Shown piece after piece: positions 52,926 to 59,111 of a stretch of DNA of 64,000 nucleotides (positions are counted from its first letter, which is position 1; every line of letters begins with the position of its first letter). The notes under the pieces were generated by a model. That model had not been told where the DNA came from. It worked only from the letters and a program-made list of their open reading frames with translations, and searched no databases. A program made the translations under genes and the position numbers. Origin of the DNA: Gemmatimonadales bacterium (GTDB lineage: Bacteria > Gemmatimonadota > Gemmatimonadetes > Gemmatimonadales > GWC2-71-9); assembly GCA_050184075.1 (NCBI GenBank), contig JBFXAS010000001.1, positions 32,013 to 96,012 of the forward strand, in the 5' to 3' direction.

Positions 52926-55900
52926 ATGATCCGTCGCGCGCTCCCCCTCGTCGCGGTGCTCGGTCTCGTCGCGCTCTCCCCGGCCCTCGCCCAGCGCAAT
53001 CGCGCCCGGGCGGTCGAGCAGCCCGCCGCCCCCTACGTCGACCCCGCGCTCTATCAGAGCCTTCGCTTCCGTCACATCGGTCCCGAGGGCAATCGCGTCG
53101 CCTCGGTAGCGGGTGTGGCCGGCGACCCCGACGTCTACTATGCGGGCTCGGCCTCCGGCGGTATTGCCAAGAGCACCGACGGCGGAATCCACTGGACTCA
53201 AGTGTTCGACGACCAGCCGGTCTCCTCCGTCGGCGCCATCGCCGTCGCGCCCTCCGACCCCAACGTGGTCTTCGCCGGCACCGGCGAGCCCAACTTGCGG
53301 AGCAACATCTCGGTCGGCTGGGGCATGTTCAAATCGACCGACGCCGGCAAGAGCTGGCAGCGCGCCGGTCTCGAGGCCACCGGCCGGATCGGCCGGATCG
53401 CGATCCACCCGACCAACCCCGACGTGGTGCTCGCCACCGCGGTCGGCCACGGCTACGGTCCCCAGGCGGACCGGGGCGTCTACAAGACGATCGACGGCGG
53501 CAAGACCTGGAAGCAGGTCCTCTTCGTCGACCAGGACACCGGTGCCAACGACGTCGAGTTCGATCCCACCAACCCGCGGATCGTCTACGCGACCACCTGG
53601 CAGATCGTGATCTACACCTGGGGCCGGAAGAGCGGCGGACCCGGCAGCGGGATCTGGAAGAGCACCGACGGCGGCGACACCTGGACCCGGCTCACCGGAA
53701 ACGGGCTCCCGACCAAGCCGTTCGGCAAGGTCGACCTCGCGGTGGCCCAGAGCAGTCCGAATCGGATCTACGCCCTGATCGAGACCAGCGACGGCGTGCC
53801 CCTCCCCGGGGTCGAGGCCGAAGCGGGCGAGCTCTGGCGCTCCGACGACGCGGGCGCAACCTGGCAGGTGGTGAGCTACGATCGCGACCTGGCCGGCCGG
53901 ACCCAGTACTACACCCGGATGATCGTCGCGCCGGACAACGCCGACGAGGCCTACTTCCTCACCGCGAGCTGGGCCAAGACCCTCGACGGCGGCGCGACCA
54001 TCATCAACCCACCCTTCTCCGAGGTGCCGGGCGGCGACCACCACGACATCTGGATCGACCCGACCGATGCCGACCGGATGATCGTCGGCCACGACGGCGG
54101 GCTCTCGATCACCACCAACCGGGGCAAGAGCTGGCACATCGTGCAGCTGCCTAACGCCCAGCTGTACCACGTCACCGTCGACAATCGGATCCCCTACTAC
54201 GTCTACGGCAACCGCCAGGACGGCCCCTCCAGCCGCGGACCCAGCAACAGCCGGATGCAGTTCTTCTTCGGCGACGCGGGCATCCCCCGCGGCCTCTGGA
54301 GCTCGGTCGGCGGCGGCGAGAGCGGCTGGGCCACGCCCGACCCCGAGGATCCCAACCTGATCTGGTCGAGCGCCTCGGGCTTCGGCAGCGTCGGCGGCAT
54401 CGTGAGCCGCTTCGACGTCCGGACCGGGATCGCCACCTCAGTGGAGGTCTGGCCCGAGATGACCATCGGCCACTCGGCCGAGACCCTCAAGTACCGCTTC
54501 CAGTGGACCTTCCCGTTGCTGATTTCGCCGCACGACCGCAACCGGGTCTACGTCGGGAGCCAGCACGTCCACCAGACCACCGACGGCGGCCGCTCCTGGC
54601 GGGAGATCAGCCCCGACCTGACCCGGAACGACCGCTCCCGGATGGGCACCTCCGGCGGGCTCACCCCGGACAACGTGGGCGTCGAGTACGCCGGCGTCGT
54701 GTTCGCGATCGCCGAATCGCCGCTCGAGCGTGGGCTGATCTGGGCGGGCACCAACGATGGCCTGATCCAACTGACCACGAACGGCGGGCAGAGCTGGACC
54801 AACGTCACCCCGACGGTCGCGGGGATGCCGGAGTGGGGGACCGTGAGCAACATCGTCGCCTCCCGCTGGGACGCGTCGACCGCCTACGCCACGGTCGACG
54901 GCCACCAGGTGAACGATCGCACCCCCTGGGTGATCAAGACCACCGACCGTGGCGCCAGCTGGAGCCTGATCGTGGGCGGGATTCCCGAGACACCGCTCAG
55001 CTACGCCCATTGGGTCAAGGAAGACCCGATCCGCCGCGGTCTCCTCTATCTGGGCACCGAGAACGCGCTCTACGTCTCCTTCGACGACGGCGCCCGCTGG
55101 CAGCCGCTCCAGACCAACCTGCCGCACGCGCCGGTGCACGACGTCACCGTGCAGGAGCACTTCAACGACCTGGTGCTCGCCACCTACGGCCGCGGCTTCT
55201 GGATCATGGACGACGTCACCCCACTCCAGCAGCTGACCCCGGAGGTGATGGCGGCCAAGGCGCACCTCTTCCGTCCGCGCGCGGCGTATCGCTTCCGCCC
55301 GGCCGAGGCGCCGATGGCCCACTTCTACGATCCCGTGGCCGGCAGCAACCCACCCTACGGCGCCTCGCTCAACTACTGGCTCGCGGCCGAGCAGGAGGAC
55401 AGCGTCGCGATCGCCATCCTCGACGCCTCGGGAGCGGAGGTCCGCGCGCTCAAGGGGCCGGGCAAGGCCGGCATCAATCGGATCTACTGGGACCTCCTGG
55501 GCGAGCGCTCCAAGGAAGCCAGGCTGCGGAACAGCCCGCTCTACGCCCCGCAGGTTCGGGTCGAGATCGAGGGCCGCCCCTCGCCGAGCGTCGGACGGGT
55601 GAGGATGCTGGCACCGCCGGGCCGCTACACCGTCAAGCTGGCCGTGAACGGCGTGGAGCTGACCCAACAGCTCGAGGTCCGCAAAGATCCCAACACCCCC
55701 GGCTCCGATGCCGAGATCGCGACCCAGGCCCAATTCCATCGCGAGCTGACCGGCGAGCTGAACGACGTGGTCGAGATGATCAACGGCCTCGAGATCGCCC
55801 GCGCGCAATTGAAGGCCCTCGGCGCGGTGACCACCGACTCGGCGGTCAAGGGCGAGGCCGACTCGCTGGCGGCGCGGCTGGTCGCGGTCGAGGAGGACAT

Positions 55901-56177
55901 GGTGCAGCTCCGCATCACGGGCCGGGGGCAGGACCTGATCCGCTACCCGTCCATGCTGGCGGAGAAGCTGGTCTACCTGATCAACGACGTGGGCGGAACC
56001 GACCACGCGCCGACCGGGTCGCAGCGGGAGGTCGGCGCGGTCCTGCGCCAGAAAGCCCGGGAGGCCCGATCGGCCTACGATCGGGCGATGCGAGAGGACG
56101 TGGCGCGCTTCAACGCGCTGCTTCGAGACAAGGGGCTCGACGGCGTGATCGCCACGACCCCGCCCCGCACGAGCTAG
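52926..56177 (+). CDS. Sortilin/VPS10-like BNR (Asp-box) repeat beta-propeller protein, secreted
   Basis: Start MIRRALPLVAVLGLVALSPALAQ. Many S/T-x-D-x-G-x-S/T-W boxes (KSTDGGIHW, KSTDAGKSW, KTIDGGKTW, KSTDGGDTW, RSDDAGATW, TTDGGRSW, TTNGGQSW, TTDRGASW, SFDDGARW). Upstream track codons are antisense shadow. Confidence 0.8.
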   Translation: MIRRALPLVAVLGLVALSPALAQRNRARAVEQPAAPYVDPALYQSLRFRHIGPEGNRVASVAGVAGDPDVYYAGSASGGIAKSTDGGIHWTQVFDDQPVSSVGAIAVAPSDPNVVFAGTGEPNLRSNISVGWGMFKSTDAGKSWQRAGLEATGRIGRIAIHPTNPDVVLATAVGHGYGPQADRGVYKTIDGGKTWKQVLFVDQDTGANDVEFDPTNPRIVYATTWQIVIYTWGRKSGGPGSGIWKSTDGGDTWTRLTGNGLPTKPFGKVDLAVAQSSPNRIYALIETSDGVPLPGVEAEAGELWRSDDAGATWQVVSYDRDLAGRTQYYTRMIVAPDNADEAYFLTASWAKTLDGGATIINPPFSEVPGGDHHDIWIDPTDADRMIVGHDGGLSITTNRGKSWHIVQLPNAQLYHVTVDNRIPYYVYGNRQDGPSSRGPSNSRMQFFFGDAGIPRGLWSSVGGGESGWATPDPEDPNLIWSSASGFGSVGGIVSRFDVRTGIATSVEVWPEMTIGHSAETLKYRFQWTFPLLISPHDRNRVYVGSQHVHQTTDGGRSWREISPDLTRNDRSRMGTSGGLTPDNVGVEYAGVVFAIAESPLERGLIWAGTNDGLIQLTTNGGQSWTNVTPTVAGMPEWGTVSNIVASRWDASTAYATVDGHQVNDRTPWVIKTTDRGASWSLIVGGIPETPLSYAHWVKEDPIRRGLLYLGTENALYVSFDDGARWQPLQTNLPHAPVHDVTVQEHFNDLVLATYGRGFWIMDDVTPLQQLTPEVMAAKAHLFRPRAAYRFRPAEAPMAHFYDPVAGSNPPYGASLNYWLAAEQEDSVAIAILDASGAEVRALKGPGKAGINRIYWDLLGERSKEARLRNSPLYAPQVRVEIEGRPSPSVGRVRMLAPPGRYTVKLAVNGVELTQQLEVRKDPNTPGSDAEIATQAQFHRELTGELNDVVEMINGLEIARAQLKALGAVTTDSAVKGEADSLAARLVAVEEDMVQLRITGRGQDLIRYPSMLAEKLVYLINDVGGTDHAPTGSQREVGAVLRQKAREARSAYDRAMREDVARFNALLRDKGLDGVIATTPPRTS

Positions 56178-56530
56178 GAGCGGACGCGGGGGCGGGGGCG
56201 GCCGGGATCGATCAGGGGTCTGCTTTCGGGTGGCAGGAAGATCCTGAGCTGGACGGCCTGGGCGTCGTCGTCGTTGTTGCTGAAGACGGTGACGGTGACG
56301 TCGATGGCGTCGACCGGCGCCAGCGTCGCCCCCGTCGAGCCGCGGGCCCGAGGCACGGCTCGGGTCGCGGTCGCGACCCCGGATGGACTGGCTCGGCGGG
56401 CGACCGTCAGCGCCTGGATCTGGACGTCGGCCTGCGAGACCGCCTGGGCGCTCGCGAGCTGCGGGCCGGCGACGAGCAGCGTGGCGACGGTGGTGCCGAC
56501 CGAACCACCAGCGACAGAGCGCGACCTCAT
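56174..56530 (-). CDS. Small secreted protein (118 aa), beta-sandwich (CARDB/DUF11-like) guess
   Basis: MRSRSVAGGSVGTTVATLLVAGPQLASAQA signal peptide with an AAGGAAGG SD upstream of ATG 56530. ...IDVTVTVFSNNDDDAQAVQLRIFLP. Last gene of the CsgG-like operon. Not listed separately in the track because it is buried in an 818-aa shadow ORF. Confidence 0.5.
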   Translation of the reverse strand: MRSRSVAGGSVGTTVATLLVAGPQLASAQAVSQADVQIQALTVARRASPSGVATATRAVPRARGSTGATLAPVDAIDVTVTVFSNNDDDAQAVQLRIFLPPESRPLIDPGRPRPRVRS

Positions 56531-56565
56531 GACACACCTTCCTTGCGATGATGAGTGGGTCCGGC

Positions 56566-57600
56566 CTAACGTCGTTGCTCCTTGACCCGCACCACCTGAC
56601 CTCTGGCGATGCCCTGGCCGTCGACGATCCGCGCCGTGCTGTACTGCTCCAGCACCCGCTCCACGACCACGGCGCCCACCCGGGTCTCGGGCGCGCCAAG
56701 CGACTTGCCGGTCGCGGGATCCACCAACGCCTCGCCGGCCTCGAACACCTCCAGCTCCAGCCCGGGCTTCATCCCGTCGGCCAGGGCGGCGTTGAGGTAG
56801 ACCACCTCGTCGCGGACGTCGGCCACCCGGCCGCTCCAGCGGATCCGAGGCATCCCCGTGAGGATCGAGATCACCGCGTTCTGAATCGCCTGGCGGGAGG
56901 CGTGCCCGAGCGGCGTGGTCAGCTGGCCGTCGACGGAGTAGCTCTTTTCGTCCCGGATCAGATCGGCCGCGATGCCGGTCTGGCTGGCCTTGCCGGTGCC
57001 TTTGGCGGAGTAGACCACCTCGCCGGTCGACGCGTCGATCAGACGGAGGTCGATCACCACCGAGGCACTGACCCGCTCGGTCGCGACCGAGAGGCCTCGC
57101 ACGACGTTGGTGAGCGCCCCGCCGACGCTCGATTTCTCGAAGGTGAAGCCGGTGATGTCTCCCGTGATCAGCACCTGGGCGCCGAGCAAGGCGCCGGAGG
57201 CCGCTGCGGTCTCCACGGTCACCCGGCCGCCCGCGGTCAGGGCCTGTTCCTGCTCCACCTGACTCATCGCGGCTCGCTCCAGCACCGTGAATCGACCGGT
57301 CCGGATCAGCACCGAGGTCAGCATCTCGGTCAGGCCCCGGGCGAACTCGGTCGGGGGCGGGATCGCGATCGCCACTGTGGTCTGCTGCGCCTGGCCCGGT
57401 TGGGCGTAGGGCTGCGCGGCCGGCGGCACGGCCATCGGCATCTGGGTGGTCTGGATGCGGAGGGCGCTCCCCGACAGGTCCAGCACCGCCACCCGGAGCC
57501 TCGCCCCGACCTCGGCCTGGGCCGGGAGCGCCGCGGGCCGGAGCGCGAGAGCGAGCGCGCCGAGCGCCCCTGCCACCCGACCGAGCGAGCCACCAAACAT
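56566..57600 (-). CDS. CsgG-family (curli-type secretion pore-like) protein with C-terminal extension
   Basis: Signal peptide without Cys. RLRVAVLDLSG...LTEMLTSVLIRTGRFTVLERAAMSQVEQEQAL...GAQVLITGDITGF...VVIDLRLIDASTGEVVYSAKG follows the CsgG-family pattern. An extra about 90-aa beta-rich C-terminus (RVADVRDEVVYLNAALADGMKPGLELEVF...). Confidence 0.7.
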   Translation of the reverse strand: MFGGSLGRVAGALGALALALRPAALPAQAEVGARLRVAVLDLSGSALRIQTTQMPMAVPPAAQPYAQPGQAQQTTVAIAIPPPTEFARGLTEMLTSVLIRTGRFTVLERAAMSQVEQEQALTAGGRVTVETAAASGALLGAQVLITGDITGFTFEKSSVGGALTNVVRGLSVATERVSASVVIDLRLIDASTGEVVYSAKGTGKASQTGIAADLIRDEKSYSVDGQLTTPLGHASRQAIQNAVISILTGMPRIRWSGRVADVRDEVVYLNAALADGMKPGLELEVFEAGEALVDPATGKSLGAPETRVGAVVVERVLEQYSTARIVDGQGIARGQVVRVKEQRR

Positions 57601-57603
57601 TGC

Positions 57604-58527
57604 CTAACGCTCCTGCTCGGGTGCGGGCTTGGCGAGAATCTCCACCCGGGCGTCGCCGAGCTTGGGGAGCTTCCGCTCGGGATCGAGACCGGGTGGCTCG
57701 CTCCGGAGCTCCAACCGGCCCTCGATGCCGGCCATCGCGAGGTGAGCCGACAGCTTGGTGAGGCGCCGCCGGGCCATCGCGGTATCCGGCGGCGACTTGC
57801 CGTTCGACTCCGGCGGGAGGTTCAAGACAAACTCGCCGTCGAGTGACTGGAGCGCCTCGGCCAGGAAGGCGAAGCTCTCGGTGACGTCGTGCTTGAGCGC
57901 GTCGCTCGCTCCGACGAACCGAACCGCCTTGAGCTCGAGCCGGCCCTCGGAGAGGTCTTCGATCATGCTCTCGGCCGTCTGACCCTTGCCGAAGAGACCG
58001 CCGAGAGCCTTCACCCCCTTGGCCGCGACCGGGGCCGCCCCGACCGCCAAGCCGACCGGCGTCACCGCCGCCACCGCACCGATCGCCGAGGCGGCTCCGG
58101 GGGTGGTTCCTGGCACCACCTGGCCGCCGGACGCGGCCTGCGCGGCAGCTTGAGCCTGCATCGCCGCGACCATCGCCTGTTGCCCGGCGAGCGAGGAGTC
58201 CGGAACGCACGTCGGCGCCGGCGCACCGGCCGTGGAAGGCCGCTCGGCCCCTCCGAGCGCCTTCTTCACTTGCCCGACCGCAGCCGTGCCGACGGTCGCC
58301 GACCCGGCGGCCGTGGTGCCGACGGGACACTCGCCGGCGCTGAGCCGCAGCGCTCCCGTACCGAGCGCCGAGTCGACCACCGCCGCCGCGGTCTGGGCGG
58401 CGGCCGTGTCGATGGCCGTGGTCACCGCCCCCTTGAGTCGTTTGGCGAGCGTCGCCTTGGGTTGCTGCGCCGAGAGTCCCGGGACAGCCAGCGTGAGCAT
58501 CGTCAGCACCAAGCATGGAGTTGTCAT
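57604..58527 (-). CDS. Secreted Ala/Gly-rich protein with degenerate OmpA-C-like C-terminal domain
   Basis: Start MTTPCLVLTMLTLAVPGLSAQ with a GGAGGGTGAG SD. An alternative ATG at 58566 overlaps the upstream stop. About 150 aa of A/G/T/V low complexity, then EGRLELKAVRFVGASDAL...ARRRLTKLSAHLAMAGI...GDARVEIL. Confidence 0.6.
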   Translation of the reverse strand: MTTPCLVLTMLTLAVPGLSAQQPKATLAKRLKGAVTTAIDTAAAQTAAAVVDSALGTGALRLSAGECPVGTTAAGSATVGTAAVGQVKKALGGAERPSTAGAPAPTCVPDSSLAGQQAMVAAMQAQAAAQAASGGQVVPGTTPGAASAIGAVAAVTPVGLAVGAAPVAAKGVKALGGLFGKGQTAESMIEDLSEGRLELKAVRFVGASDALKHDVTESFAFLAEALQSLDGEFVLNLPPESNGKSPPDTAMARRRLTKLSAHLAMAGIEGRLELRSEPPGLDPERKLPKLGDARVEILAKPAPEQER

Positions 58528-58562
58528 CGCTCTCACCCTCCAGTGGGTTTCTTGCGGTGTCG

Positions 58563-59003
58563 TCATTCGATTCGAAGCAGCTCGATCCGGGCGTCCCCGG
58601 GCCGTACCGCCCGGATCTCCCGAGAGGCAAGCCTGGCCGCCTCGACCGGGCCGACGAGGTGGGCGGGGTTCGAGCCGGCGGCGAGCAGCGCCCGGTAGGC
58701 GGTGAAGGAGCGCCGCCGGCTCAGCACCGTGTCGGCCGGCAACGAGGGCGTCAGCTCGGCAGGCACGTAGACCGCGAACTTTCCCTGGCTACGGTTCAGA
58801 GCGCGGGCTGCCTGCTCGAGCAGGGCCTCGTACCCCTGGGCCAGGTGGTCGTCGGTTTGCCTGAAGCGGACCCGGTCCAGCACCAGCCGGCCCTCCGCCA
58901 GGCGGGTCACCATCGTCTCGATCGAAGGCAGCTGATGGGCTCGACCCCCGGTCGGAGCCACCAGTCCAACGCTCGCGATCCACGCCATCGCCCACCCGAC
59001 CAT
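58563..59003 (-). CDS. Small paralogue of the degenerate OmpA-C-like domain protein
   Basis: ATG 59003 is preceded by AGGGAGGACCG. MVGWAMAWIASVGLVAPTGG..., then EGRLVLDRVRFRQTDDHL...SRRRSFTAYRALLAAG...GDARIELL, colinear with the C-terminus of the next gene. The longer start at 59066 would leave no room for a promoter. Confidence 0.55.
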   Translation of the reverse strand: MVGWAMAWIASVGLVAPTGGRAHQLPSIETMVTRLAEGRLVLDRVRFRQTDDHLAQGYEALLEQAARALNRSQGKFAVYVPAELTPSLPADTVLSRRRSFTAYRALLAAGSNPAHLVGPVEAARLASREIRAVRPGDARIELLRIE

Positions 59004-59060
59004 CGGTCCTCCCTGCCAGGCTCGCTGGCCTCCGGCACGGCGGCTATCTTGGGTCAGCGC

Positions 59061-59102
59061 GCTCACTGCCTGATCAGGCTTCGATCATCTCCCGATCAAA
59101 CC
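59061..59102 (-). promoter_or_regulatory. TGATC direct repeats at 11-bp phase (3 exact + 1 degenerate), oriented toward the CsgG-like operon
   Basis: Minus strand: TT TGATCG GGAGA TGATCG AAGCC TGATCA GGCAG TGAGCG. T positions are 59098, 59087, 59076, 59065. Includes the perfect palindrome CCTGATCAGG (59069-59078). Confidence 0.5.
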
Positions 59103-59111
59103 CCACGCAAC

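Noticed and set aside
54438-58630. 753-aa and 818-aa minus-strand ORFs (54438..56699 and 56174..58630)
   Set aside because: They are shadow frames over the BNR protein and over the CsgG-like operon. Only the last 118 codons of the 818-aa ORF (56174-56530) look like a real gene, with a signal peptide and SD.
59004-59066. ATG 59066 as the start of the first gene of the CsgG-like operon
   Set aside because: It would place the start codon 4 nt from the repeat array and leave about 45 bp for two divergent promoters. ATG 59003 has a strong SD (GGGAGGA) and a hydrophobic N-terminus.
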